Source: Eledone cirrhosa
Taxonomy: Eukaryota
Assembly: GCA_964016885.1 (NCBI GenBank)
Contig: OZ024744.1
Span: forward strand, 9,610,001 to 9,674,000
Reading direction: 5' to 3'
DNA length: 64,000 nt
Notes under the pieces: generated by a model
The model's input: only the letters and a program-made list of their open reading frames with translations
Database searches by the model: none
What the model was told of the DNA's origin: nothing
Made by a program: the position numbers and the translations under genes
Shown here: positions 11,681 through 24,700 of the stretch, piece after piece
How the letters are laid out: each line of letters opens with the position of its first letter
Numbering within the stretch: position 1 is the stretch's first letter

Positions 11681-12847
11681 CATCATCATCATCATCATCA
11701 TATGTCCATCTTCCACGCTAGCATGTGTTAGATGGTTTTGTTCCATTTGATGCAGGGAATGGTTGGGAGACTGTGCCTCGCTCTCAAAGAAGCGTCTCTG
11801 GCAGGTTTTCTACGGCAAAGATTGGTTGTCTTGCTCGCATAGGACTGTCTGGTGGGTTTTCTACAGCTGGATGCCCTTCCTAACACCAAAAACGTTTACA
11901 GTGTGGACTGGGAGGTTTTTACCGTGTTACCTACACGGCCACATTACAGCGTGGACTGTGTTTTTGTCGTGACACCTACACGACCTCATTTGTTTTGGAT
12001 TGGATGTTGTGGTACCAACATAACTTTACATTGAAAGGGGTGGTGTGGATGGGGTCGGGGTAGTGGGACAGGGTGTGTTTTTGTTAGAGGTGCCTACTGA
12101 TTGTAGGTTTCGCTTTGTATTTAGGCAAGGCGGGTCTTCTCTATTACTGTGTAGCGCCAAAGATCTCGGTCCAGTGACATTGTCTTGGAGAGGTGTAAGT
12201 GTGTGAGGTCGGAATTTATCAAGTCATCCCAGGTTTTTCTGGGTCTGCCTACCCCGTGGCTACCGTCTATTTTTATCGCCCTGCACTTTTGTATACAGCT
12301 GTCGTCTTTCATGCGCATCACGTGACCATACCAACGTAGTCTTCTCTCGAGTAAACAGCATCTGATCCCTCTTATTCCTAATTTCTCCCTTAGTTCATTT
12401 ATGCTTTGCCGTTCACATATATTACTATTACACATCCAGCGGAGCATGCAAGCTTTGTTCCTCTCCAGTCTGCATATATCCTCTGCACACAATGCCCAGG
12501 TCTCACTGCCATGTAACATTGCTGTTCGTATGCAGGCATCATACAGCTTGCCTTTCATTTTTAGAGAGAACCCTTTAGCGGCTAATAGTGGTATAAGCTC
12601 TCTGAACTTTTTCCATCCAGTTCTGACTCTAGCTACTGTACTTTCAGAGCACCCTCCACCACTGCTGATTTTGTCACCCAGGTAACGGAAGGTGTCCACT
12701 ATTTCTATAGAACCATCTGTGCAATGGAATGAGTTAGTATTCTGTGGGCACTTGCTGATACTTATTGCACCAGAGCACCGGCCACATATAAAATCTATAT
12801 TCTTAGTTAGCTTACCTGCGATCCCACTACATCTTTTATGCACCCAT
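11681..12847 (-). mobile_element. RTE LINE subfamily B, 5'-truncated, with a foreign 3' terminus
   Basis: ORF 12121-12870 includes WVHKRCSG through EKTRLA*; (CAT)n tail; 11701-11817 does not match the other B copies. Confidence 0.9.
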
Positions 12848-12855
12848 GTATGTAT

Positions 12856-13652
12856 CATCATCATCATCATCGTTTAACGTCCATGTTCCACGCTTGCATG
12901 GGTTTGGACGGGAGTTTTCCCACTTGAGGCAAGAGTGGTTGTCTTGCTCGCATAGGACTGTCTGGCGGGTTATCTACAGTTGGATGCCCTTAACACCAAC
13001 CACATTTACAGTGTGGGGCTGGGAGGTTTTTACCGTGTTGCCTACACGGCCACATTACAGCGTGGACTGTCTGGCGGGTTTTCTACAGCTGCATGCCCTT
13101 CCTAACACCAACCACATTTACAGTGTGGGACTGGGAGGTTTTTACCGTGTTGCCTACACGGTCACATTACAGCGTGGACTGTGTTTTTTTGTCGTGACAC
13201 CTACACGATCTCATTTGTTTCGGCTGGATTTTGTGGCACCAACATAACTTTACATTGAAAGGGGCGGGGTGGTGGGACGGGGGTGTATTTTGTTAGAGAT
13301 GCCTACTGACTGTAGTAGGTTTTACTTTGTATTTAGGTAAGGCGGGTCTTCTCTATTACTGAGTACCGCCAAAGGTCTCGGTCCAGTGACATTGTCTTGG
13401 AGAGGTGTAAGTGTGTGAGGTCGGAATTTATCAGCTCGTCCCAGGTTTTTCTGGGTCTGCCTACTCCGTGGCTACCGTCTATCTTTATTGCCCTGCACTT
13501 TGCTATACAGCTGTCGTCTTTCATGCGCATCACGTGACCATACCAACGTAGCCTTCTCTCGAGTAAACAACATCTGATCCCTCTTATTTCTAATTTTTTC
13601 CTTAGTTCGTTTATGCTTTGCCATTCGCGTATATTACTATTACACATCCAGC
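12856..13652 (-). mobile_element. RTE LINE subfamily B, 5'-truncated, 8-bp TSD
   Basis: gtatgtat at 12848-12855 and 13653-13660; (CAT)n tail; ORF 13333-13647; internal ~108-bp tandem duplication in the 3' UTR. Confidence 0.92.
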
Positions 13653-13657
13653 GTATG

Positions 13658-13660
<3 letters not shown>

Positions 13661-13713
<53 letters not shown>
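13661..13713. repeat. (TA)n microsatellite
   Basis: Direct reading. Confidence 0.95.
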
Positions 13714-13717
<4 letters not shown>

Positions 13718-14619
13718 GACAGGGGGGAAGAAGAAAAAAATGGCTTCACTTGTGTTTTGAACAAACTTATTTTCTTCACAAAATCCAAAAATAATTTTTT
13801 CCGGATTAGAAAAAATTTTCTGAAACAAATTTTTTTATAAATTAAGTTGTTGGTTGTTGGTTAGGTCTTAGGAGTTCTTGGTTAACGTAGGAGGTATTGT
13901 TTCGTTTTTAGAAAGACCTTTCACGCTGAGGTGCGCTTGTCAAACTGATGTGTATGTGGTGTGTTGTTCTATATATAGGGATTTAACATGTCTGTGGTGT
14001 GGTGGGGGTTTTTTCTCCCTCTTTCATAAGTGTAGGGGTCTAGGTGTGTTGAAAAAATGTTAATAGCAGTAATGAGTTGAGACAGTGAGTAGGGTTGGGT
14101 GGGGAGAAATGTAGCAAGTGCGGCCTGCCCTGGTCATTCTCGAAAAATTCCTTTATTCAGGGGAAAAAGCTTTTAGTATTCTTTTGTATTGAAGATGGTC
14201 ACAGGCAAATCGCACCTGCCAAGCTTGTAAACAATTATTTTTTTCTGAAGAATTTTTCTACGTCCATCCCAAAATTAGTCCTTTGTTCAACACACACATA
14301 TGTGCGTATACACGTACATACACACACGGGCATATGTATTCCTATATATTCCTACATATGCCCGTGTGTGTATGTACTTGTATACGCACATATGTGTTTG
14401 ACAAGCGCACCTCAGCGTGAAAGGTCTTTCTAAAAACGAAACAATACCTCCTACGTTAACCAAGAACTCCTAAGACCTAACCAACAACCAACAACTTAAT
14501 TTATAAAAAAAAATTTTTAAGAACATTTTTTCTAATCCGGAAAAAAATTCTTTTTGGATTTATGAAGAAAATAAATTTGTTGAAAGCACAGGTGAAGCCA
14601 TTTCTTCTTCCCCCCTGTC
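13718..14619. mobile_element. Non-autonomous TIR element with ~225-bp TIRs and TTAA TSD (Kolobok-like)
   Basis: TTAA|GACAGGGG...CCCCTGTC|TTAA; arms ~13718-13945 and ~14396-14619 are reverse complements; 5'-RR terminus plus TTAA fits Kolobok better than piggyBac (5'-YY). Confidence 0.75.
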
Positions 14620-14689
14620 TTAATATACCTAACTGTACCAAGGATTACACACATTTTCCAATATATATATATATATATACACATACATA

Positions 14690-15062
14690 GGTACACTGTG
14701 TCTATATATAAGACAGGACACATTAGATAATGTAGTCTTAGATACATTGTGTCTGTATATATGACAGGACACATTAGATAATGTAGTCCTAGATACACTG
14801 TGTCTATATATGACAGGACACATTAGATAATGTAGTCCTAGATAGACTGTGTCTGTATATATGACAGGACATATTAGATAATGTAGTCCTAGATACACTG
14901 TGTCTATATATGACAGGACACATTAGATAATGTAGTCCTAGATAGACTGTGTCTGTATATGACAGGACACATTAGATAATGTAGTCCTAGATACACTGTC
15001 TATATATGACAGGACACATTAGATAATGTAGTCCTAGATAGACTGTGTCTGTATATATGACA
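14690..15062. repeat. Minisatellite, 49-51-bp units, ~7 copies
   Basis: Unit gatacactgtgtct(g)tatatatgacaggacacattagataatgtagtccta. Confidence 0.92.
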
Positions 15063-15119
15063 GTACTCTGTCTACCTCATATTTCTCCCCCTCTCTTTAC
15101 TTCTATTACTCTGACTACC

Positions 15120-15724
15120 TCTGACATTCGTACACTGCCCGGGCGTTGCTGACCTGTGGGGCTATGTGGAACGACTACTGTAGCGGGTGGCACCAATCCG
15201 GTTGACCACCGAGTACATTGTCACGATCAAACCGCCTCCCCCTTTCAAAAACGAAGGAGAGGCGGTTTTCCTCTGTGTGATAGCCATGGCGAAAGAGGTT
15301 GTATGGTGGACGAGGTTGAAAGGGCTGAGGTCAGACACCTATCTCTCCGGCCAACAACTGGTCCTTTTTTTCAAGTACCACTTTAGAAGAAGGATCAGGA
15401 TGGAGAGAGAGGTGCTCTACCCCAGCAAGTTTTATGAAAGGTGGGTGAAAGTAGGGAGAATGGCCCGAGTGAATGGGTCTTCTCTCTATATCAGCCTGTA
15501 GGTGAGAGAGGAGAAGAATGAGAAGAGGAAGGGAGCACCCGCTTTTTGTGCCCCTGAAGAGGAGGGTTGCACATTTTTTCGGGGGTGTGTGTGACCCTAT
15601 TGAGGACATCGATTGTTAAATTTAATTTGTTATATGTTTTTTTACACGTCTTTTTAAATGTATGTAAACTCCCCCCTTTGTATTTGGCCCCTTCTTTGAT
15701 GCCCTGGTGGCAAATAAATAGAAA
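15120..15724 (+). mobile_element. 3' end of a Tx1/L1-clade non-LTR retrotransposon
   Basis: HCPGVADLWGYVE (end of zinc knuckle), then AMAKEVVWWTR...FYERW with stop at 15501, a 3' UTR and an (AAAT)n-like tail. Confidence 0.65.
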
Positions 15725-18700
15725 TTACTCTATCTACCGCTTATTTCTTTACATATTACTCTATCTACCTCATATTTCCCCCCTCTCTTTACATATTACT
15801 CTATCTACCTCATATTTCCCCCCTCTCTTTACACCTATTACTCTATCTACCTCATATTTCCCCCCTCTCTTTACACCTATTACTCTATCTACCTCATATT
15901 TCCCCCTCTCTTTACACCTATTACTCTATCTACCTCATATTTCCCCCCCTCTCTTTACACCTATTACTCTATCTACTGCATATTTCCCCCCTCTCTTTAC
16001 ATATTACTCTATCTACCTCATATTTCCCCCCTCTCTTTACACCTATTACTCTATCTACCTCATATTTCCCCCCTCTCTTTACACCTATTACTCTATCTAC
16101 CGCATATTTCCCCCCTCTCTTTACATATTACTCTATCTACCTCATATTTCCACCCTCTCTTTACATATTACTCTATCTACCTCATATTTCCCCCCTCTCT
16201 TTACACCTATTACTCTATCTACCTCATATTTCCACCCTCTCTTTACATATTACTCTATCTACCTCATATTTCCCCCCTCTCTTTACACCTATTACTCTAT
16301 CTACCTCATATTTCCCCCCTCTCTTTACACCTATTACTCTATCTACCTCATATTTCCCCCCTCTCTTTACACCTATTACTCTATCTACCTCATATTTCCC
16401 CCCCTCTCTTTACACCTATTACTCTATCTACCGCATATTTCCCCCCTCTCTTTACATATTACTCTATCTACCTCATATTTCCACCCTCTCTTTACATATT
16501 ACTCTATCTACCTCATATTTCCCCCCTCTCTTTACACCTATTACTCTATCTACCTCATATTTCCCCCCTCTCTTTACACCTATTACTCTATCTACCTCAT
16601 ATTTCCCCCCCTCTCTTTACACCTATTACTCTATCTACCGCATATTTCCCCCCTCTCTTTACATATTACTCTATCTACCTCATATTTCCACCCTCTCTTT
16701 ACATATTACTCTATCTACCTCATATTTCCCCCCTCTCTTTACACCTATTACTCTATCTACCTCATATTTCCCCCCTCTCTTTACACCTATTACTCTATCT
16801 ACCTCATATTTCCCCCCCCTCTCTTTACACCTATTACTCTATCTACCGCATATTTCCCCCCTCTCTTTACATATTACTCTATCTACCTCATATTTCCACC
16901 CTCTCTTTACATATTACTCTATCTACCTCATATTTCCCCCCTCTCTTTACACCTATTACTCTATCTACCTCATATTTCCCCCCCCTCTCTTTACACCTAT
17001 TACTCTATCTACCGCATATTTCCCCCCTCTCTTTACATATTACTCTATCTACCTCATATTTCCACCCTCTCTTTACATATTACTCTATCTACCTCATATT
17101 TCCACCCTCTCTTTACACCTATTACTCTATCTACCTCATATTTCCCCCCTCTCTTTACACCTATTACTCTATCTACCTCATATTTCCACCCTCTCTTTAC
17201 ACCTATTACTCTATCTACCTCATATTTCCCCCCTCTCTTTACACCTATTACTCTATCTACCGCATATTTCCCCCCTCTCTTTACATATTACTCTATCTAC
17301 CTCATATTTCCACCCTCTCTTTACACCTATTACTCTATCTACCTCATATTTCCCCCCTCTCTTTACACCTATTACTCTATCTACCGCATATTTCCCCCTC
17401 TCTTTACATATTACTCTATCTACCTCATATTTCCCCCCTCTCTTTACACCTATTACTCTATCTACCGCATATTTCCCCCCTCTCTTTACATATTACTCTA
17501 TCTACCTCATATTTCCACCCTCTCTTTACACCTATTACTCTATCTACCTCATATTTCCACCCTCTCTTTACACCTATTACTCTATCTACCGCATATTTCC
17601 CCCCTCTCTTTACATATTACTCTATCTACCTCATATTTCCACCCTCTCTTTACACCTATTACTCTATCTACCGCATATTTCTCACCCTCTCTTTACACCT
17701 ATTACTCTATCTACCGCATATTTCTCACCCTCTCTTTACATCTATTACTCTATCTACCTCATATTTCCACCCTCTCTTTACATATTACTCTATCTACCTC
17801 ATATTTCCCCCCTCTCTTTACACCTATTACTCTATCTACCTCATATTTCCACCCTCTCTTTACATATTACTCTATCTACCTCATATTTCCCCCCTCTCTT
17901 TACACCTATTACTCTATCTACCTCATATTTCCCCCCTCTCTTTACACCTATTACTCTATCTACCTCATATTTCCCCCCTCTCTTTACACCTATTACTCTA
18001 TCTACCTCATATTTCCCCCCCTCTCTTTACACCTATTACTCTATCTACCGCATATTTCCCCCCTCTCTTTACATATTACTCTATCTACCTCATATTTCCA
18101 CCCTCTCTTTACATATTACTCTATCTACCTCATATTTCCCCCCTCTCTTTACACCTATTACTCTATCTACCTCATATTTCCCCCCTCTCTTTACACCTAT
18201 TACTCTATCTACCTCATATTTCCCCCCCTCTCTTTACACCTATTACTCTATCTACCGCATATTTCCCCCCTCTCTTTACATATTACTCTATCTACCTCAT
18301 ATTTCCACCCTCTCTTTACATATTACTCTATCTACCTCATATTTCCCCCCTCTCTTTACACCTATTACTCTATCTACCTCATATTTCCCCCCTCTCTTTA
18401 CACCTATTACTCTATCTACCTCATATTTCCCCCCCCTCTCTTTACACCTATTACTCTATCTACCGCATATTTCCCCCCTCTCTTTACATATTACTCTATC
18501 TACCTCATATTTCCACCCTCTCTTTACATATTACTCTATCTACCTCATATTTCCCCCCTCTCTTTACACCTATTACTCTATCTACCTCATATTTCCCCCC
18601 CCCTCTCTTTACACCTATTACTCTATCTACCGCATATTTCCCCCCTCTCTTTACATATTACTCTATCTACCTCATATTTCCACCCTCTCTTTACATATTA

Positions 18701-19543
18701 CTCTATCTACCTCATATTTCCACCCTCTCTTTACACCTATTACTCTATCTACCTCATATTTCCCCCCTCTCTTTACACCTATTACTCTATCTACCTCATA
18801 TTTCCACCCTCTCTTTACACCTATTACTCTATCTACCTCATATTTCCCCCCTCTCTTTACACCTATTACTCTATCTACCGCATATTTCCCCCCTCTCTTT
18901 ACATATTACTCTATCTACCTCATATTTCCACCCTCTCTTTACACCTATTACTCTATCTACCTCATATTTCCCCCCTCTCTTTACACCTATTACTCTATCT
19001 ACCGCATATTTCCCCCTCTCTTTACATATTACTCTATCTACCTCATATTTCCCCCCTCTCTTTACACCTATTACTCTATCTACCGCATATTTCCCCCCTC
19101 TCTTTACATATTACTCTATCTACCTCATATTTCCACCCTCTCTTTACACCTATTACTCTATCTACCGCATATTTCTCACCCTCTCTTTACACCTATTACT
19201 CTATCTACCGCATATTTCTCACCCTCTCTTTACATCTATTACTCTATCTACCTCATATTTCTCACCCTCTCTTTACTTCTATTACACTCTCTACCTCATA
19301 TTTCTCACCCTCTCTTTACATCTATTACTCTATCTACCGCTTATTTCTCACCCTCTCTTTACATCTATTACTCTTTCTACCTCTTATTTCTCACCCACTC
19401 TTTACATTTATTACTCTATCTACCGCTTATTTCTCACCCTCTCTTTACATCTATTACTCTTTCTACCTCATATTTCTCACCCTCTCTTTACATCTATTAC
19501 TCTTTCTACCTCTTTCTCACTCACTCTTTACATTTATTACTCT
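15725..19543. repeat. Pyrimidine-rich minisatellite, 40/42-bp units, ~90 copies
   Basis: Unit ttactctatctacctcatatttccMccctctctttaca(cc)ta; degenerate units at both ends and at 15063-15118, before the Tx1 insertion. Confidence 0.95.
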
Positions 19544-19845
19544 GGCTAGTACGTTGAACGGTAGTACTGACTGCATCGTCGAACATCCGTAAAATAAATG
19601 ACGGGCTGTTGGTAAATTGGTTCCCCAAGGTAAGTAAATCGTTCAAACTATTTATTATGGGTTGTTTTCCATGGACCATAAACTATCATAAAGCCTTGTT
19701 TAGATACCCTGTATATTTGTTCCTTAATAAATTTCTAAATGATAAATATTTTTAATTGAGATTTTATAGAAATATGTAGAAGACGAGTACATGTTTACGA
19801 GTAGATTTAGCTGCTTTTTCTATCATTTTTAGTTATACTTTGAAG

Positions 19846-20103
19846 GAAATTTTGGCACTAAGTCTGTCAAAAGTGAAAGTTTGCGTCTCAGCAAGCGGTT
19901 CCTCCCGTCATTTATATCTGTAAAGTGACTAAAGATTAAAACAAATGTAATATATTTACGGTTAGGGTTAAGGTTACATTTGTTTTAATCTTTAGTCACT
20001 TTACGGATATAAACGACGGGAGGAACTGTAGGCAGGGTTTACCGCTTGCTGAGACGCAAACTTTCACTTTTGACAGACAAAAACAAACCAGTGCCGAAAT
20101 TTT
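19846..20103. repeat. Foldback inverted repeat (MITE-like), arms ~105-130 bp
   Basis: gaaattttggcact...aaaacaaatgtaa pairs with ttacatttgtttt...agtgccgaaattt; loop contains ggttagggttaagg. Confidence 0.8.
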
Positions 20104-20155
20104 CTTTGTTATTACTATTATTTAAAGTTATCTGGTTACGTTATTTGACTGGTGT

Positions 20156-20380
20156 TTCTAGCATTTTACAAGGACCATGTGTGTGTTTTATTTGAGGAAG
20201 ATCCAGGTGCCATTTCCTGCATCCTCTTGAAGACAAGGAATAATAATGAATTAGCTGCTGTTTCTAGTAGGTTCTATGTTAGTGATGAGCGTGGGAGGGA
20301 GGTTTGACTGCTATTTTTAGCAGGTTCTAAGGCATTGAGGTTTGTTTTACGAGAGATTTGGCTGTTATATCTAACATGTT
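20156..20380. repeat. Dispersed repeat; second copy at 28216-28386 plus 29871-29915
   Basis: ttctagcattttacaaggacca...tgctatttttagcaggtt...gagagatttggctgttat is present twice; the second copy is split by the CR1 insertion. Confidence 0.8.
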
Positions 20381-20484
20381 ATACTCCCTCTCTCTCACCA
20401 TTATAAGATACATAGAGAGCGGGGGAAATCGCCGATGTTTACGTTGAGAAAACCTAATAAAATGTTATAAATGGGTTTATAAAG

Positions 20485-21545
20485 AATAGAATGAGATAAA
20501 CAAGACAAAGTTAGATAAAATAAGTCAGCTGTAAGGATATTATACGATATATTTATAATATTTTAATATATTTTTCTTGGTCGTCTGCTGCCATTGATAG
20601 AGAGAGGAGTGGTGGGAGGTAGCCATAACAACCGTGGTAGCAGCACTGAGGTTTGTTTTTAAAGAAGTGAATACAAGAAAAACAAGCAACAAATTTAATT
20701 GATTAAAATTAGTTTAAACATCTAAATCTTAAGAATATTAAAAGACTTGCATGTTTAAACTAATTTTAGTCAATTAAATTTGTTGCTTGTTTTTCTTGTA
20801 TTCACCTCTTTAAAAACAAACCTCAGTGCTGCTACCACGGTTGTTATGGCTACCTCCCACCACTCCTCTCTCTATCAATGGCAGCAGACGACCAGGAAAA
20901 ATATATAAAAATATAAATATATCGTATAATATCCTTACAACTGTAGTGGTTGTGTGTGTATAATGGTGAAATATTGATAAGGCATGTGTATGCCGGAAAA
21001 ATTAACAAGTAGGTGAATGGATTCATTTCACTGGAACTTAATTTGTGGTTATGTACACATCATGCTTTACTACATACACAAATGTTAATGTTGACAACTG
21101 CTACGAGCTGTTAGAAAATAGAATCAGGATACATTTGTGGAACTGGTGTTAGAATGAATATGTTTGTGTGAGTGTGTGTAGTTCATCTGACACAGTAGGT
21201 CTCTCTGTGTGGTGTCAGACCAGCTTTCTGTCCTGGGTTTCCCTTGACTCTCATATATATAATGTTGCGGTGGCTAGAATGATAGACATACCGCAACAGA
21301 GTTTCTACGTCCTTCGGTCAATTTGACTTTGGCTTGACCTGGCTGAGGTCGTAGGTCAAAGGGAGGCGATCAATTACTTTTTGACAGGACAAAGGAAAAA
21401 ACCTTTCTTTGGCGTCGTCGTGATTTTGAACAGCGAGAATTCTTAGATTCGGTTTTGAATCTAGGCTTGGAGAAGGAAGTGTTATTTGTTACACAACTGA
21501 TTTTATTTTATTTAACTTTGTCTTGTTTATTTCATTCTGTTCTCT
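20485..21545. repeat. Long palindromic element, arms ~250 bp, centre ~20735; right arm interrupted by a solo LTR
   Basis: 20527-20730 is the reverse complement of 20740-20943; symmetry resumes after 21497; centre plus right arm recur at 30892-31218. Confidence 0.85.
20942..21493. mobile_element. Solo LTR (552 bp), canonical TG...CA, 4-bp TSD
   Basis: caac|tgtagtgg...ttgttaca|caac; absent from the homologous copy near 31130. Confidence 0.88.
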
Positions 21546-21700
21546 TAAGCCCTTCTAGATGTGTATGACGAGAAAGAAGACGTGTAGTGTGTATATTGAT
21601 ATTATACACAGGTATATATACATGTAGATATGATACATAAAATAAAATCGTAATTGACAATATATAATACATAGAAATTGAACGAAGACTGCGTTACACT

Positions 21701-24700
21701 CATCATCATCATCATCATCACCGTTTTACGTCCGTTCTTCCACGCTAGCATGGGTTAGACGGGTTGTCCTGTTGTGGGCAGTGTCTGGTCGGCTGACCAT
21801 GCCTTGCTCATACAGGAACTGATCTGGCTTGATTTCTACAGCTGGATGCCCTTCCTAACACCAACCTCATTTACAGTGAGTGCTGGGTGCTTTTTCGTGG
21901 CGCCTACACGTCCACTTTACAGTGTGGGCTGGGTGCTTTTTTGCCGTGGCACCTCCACGACCACCTTGCGGTGGGGGGTGTGGGGGCAAATTGTTTATAT
22001 GCTTCAGCATGTACCCATGGGAGGTCGGGTACCCTGTATTACTGCGTGACGCCAGAAGTCACGGTCGTGTGTCATTGACTTTGAGAGGTGTAGTTGGGTA
22101 AGGTCGGCTTTTATCACCTCATCCCAAGTCATCTTGGGTCTCCCCAATCCGCGGTTTCCATCAACTTCTAGTGCTCTGCACCTTTTTATGCAGCTGTCAT
22201 CCTTCATACGCATCACATGTCCATACCAGCGTAACCGCCTCTGCACGCAGCATTTGATTCCTCTTATGCTCAGTCTCTCTCTCAATTCCTTTATGCTTTG
22301 TCGTTCACGTATATTACTGTTACACATCCATCGGAGCATGCAGGCTTCGTTTCTCTCTAATCTACGTAAGTCTTCCACCTTCAGCGCCCAGGTCTCACTA
22401 CCATGCAACATCGCTGTTCGGATACACGCATCATACAGTCTGCCTTTCATTCTGAGGGAGAAGCCTTTTGCAGCTAGCAGTGGTAGTAGTTCCCTAAACT
22501 TCTTCCATCCCGTTCTTACCCTAGTTATTGTACTTTCTGAGCACCCACCTCCGTTGCTAATTCGGTCACCTAGGTAGCAGAAGCTGTCTACTGTTTCTAC
22601 AGGGCCCTCCCAGAGATTGGTGGTACTTGTTTCCTGTGGCTGTTTGCTTGCTGTTTCAGCACAGCTGCTGCATGTGAATCCTACATTCTTAATTAAGCTT
22701 CCTGAGATCCCGCTACATCTCTTGTGTACCCATTGTTTGCATTTGGGGCAGAGAATGGAGTTCCTACCTACACCTTTCCTACATACTGAGCAAGGCCATT
22801 TCCTTGAGGGGATCTGGGTTCTGTTTTCTCGTCTACTTATAAGGACCTTAGTCTTTGTCATGTTGACTTTGAGGCCCTTTCTCTCTAGTCCCTGCTTCCA
22901 GGTTTGGAATTTATTCTCTAGTTCTACCATAGATTCAGCTATGAGTGCGAGGTCATCAGCATACAGGAGTTCCCATGGGCATCCGGTCTTAAACTCCTCC
23001 GTTATTGCCTGCAGGACTATGATGAACAGGAGAGGGCTAAGAACAGAGCCCTGGTGGACCCCAACCTGTACGCTAAATTCCTCGCTATACTCATTGCCAA
23101 TCCTAACTTTGCTGACTGCTCCCCTATACATGGCTTGTACCGCTTTCACAAGCCATTCATCTACTCCTAGTTTTCTAAGAGCCCACCAGATTACTGCACG
23201 TGGAACTCTGTCAAAGGCTTTCTCAAGGTCGACAAATGCCAAGTAGAGTGGCTTACTTTTAGCTAGGTACTTTTCCTGTAATTGCCTCACAAGGAAGAGG
23301 GCATCAGTGGTGCCTTTCCCTGGTACAAACCCAAATTGCATCTCGTCTATATTCACCCGGTCCCTAATCAGCTGTGCTATAACTCTTTCTGTTACTTTCA
23401 TGACCTGGTCCATCAACTTTATACCTCTATAGTTTCCTCTATCTAGTGCATCGCCTTTACCTTTGTAGCAGTTGACAATGATGCTACTGCACCAATCTTT
23501 TGGTATGGCCCCCTCTAGTATTACCTGGTTAACGATACGTGTGGTTATAGTGTGACCTACAGACCCAGATGCCTTCAGCATCTCGGCAGCTATACCCGAT
23601 GGACCGGTTGCCTTCCCTATCTTCATATCTCTGATTGCCTTACTTACTACGCTGCCGCTGACTTGTACTGCTGGTCCCTCTATAGGGTCTACGTGGGGTA
23701 GGGTCTCTTCTTCCCATGCATTCTCCTCATTTAGTAATCTATCATAATGACTCTTCCATGCATCTTTCTTCTCAGCACTTGTGAGGGCAAGCTCACCTTT
23801 ATCATTCCGGATACACTTCTCTCAAATGACATCACAACTATCTCTGACACACTGCCTCGCAATCTTGAATACCTCCTGTTTCTGGTCCTCACGTTGTAAA
23901 ACATGCTTGAATTTTCTATCCTCTGCTTCCCTCCTAGCTAAGTATACTTGTCGCCTAGCTTCCCTCTTGGTCTCTATGTAATGTACCCTGCTCCCCCCGT
24001 TCTTCCATTCTTTCCATGCCTGTCTCTTGGCCTTGACTGCTTCATCTACCTTATTGTTCCACCACCAAGTCACTCTCCTCCTGCTTGAGGTCTTACTCCA
24101 GCCACAAACCTCATCCGTCGCCTCTAGTAAGTTATTTTTTAGGAACTCCCAGTTCTCTTCTACGTTAAATGTCTCTATCTGTTCTTCTTTACTGTCGTAG
24201 GCGTTGAGTAAAATATCTTTAAATCTGTTACTGGTTGAGGGGACTTTCAGCTTCCAGATCTTTCTTCTCCAGGTTGGCCTGTTTCAGGGCTCGTCTAGTT
24301 CTGACCGTGAGGTCGCTGACAACTAAGCTATGTTGGGATGTACATTCCTCACTAGGGAAGGCTTTTGTGTTTACGACCGTCCATCTGTCACGTCCTCTGA
24401 TGAGGATAAAATCTAACTGACTAGAGTGCTCCCCTGATCTATAGGTGATCAGGTGGTTGTCGGGTTTTTTAAAGTTTGTGTTACATATCGACATGTCATT
24501 GGCGTCGCAGAATTCTAGAAGTCTGAATCCTTCCTCATTCCTTGTGCCAACTCCATGGCCTCCATGTACTCTATTGAAGCCGTCGCAGTGTTTACCTACG
24601 TGTCCGTTAAAATCTCCTGCAATGATTAGGAAGTCCTTGTCGTCTGTTAGAGCAGTAGTGTGTATTAGGGACTCGTAAAACCTATCCTTAAGTTCGTCTG

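Noticed and set aside
15567-19592. 1341-aa ORF
   Set aside because: Translation of a G-poor minisatellite lacking TAA/TAG/TGA; the frame drifts between units.
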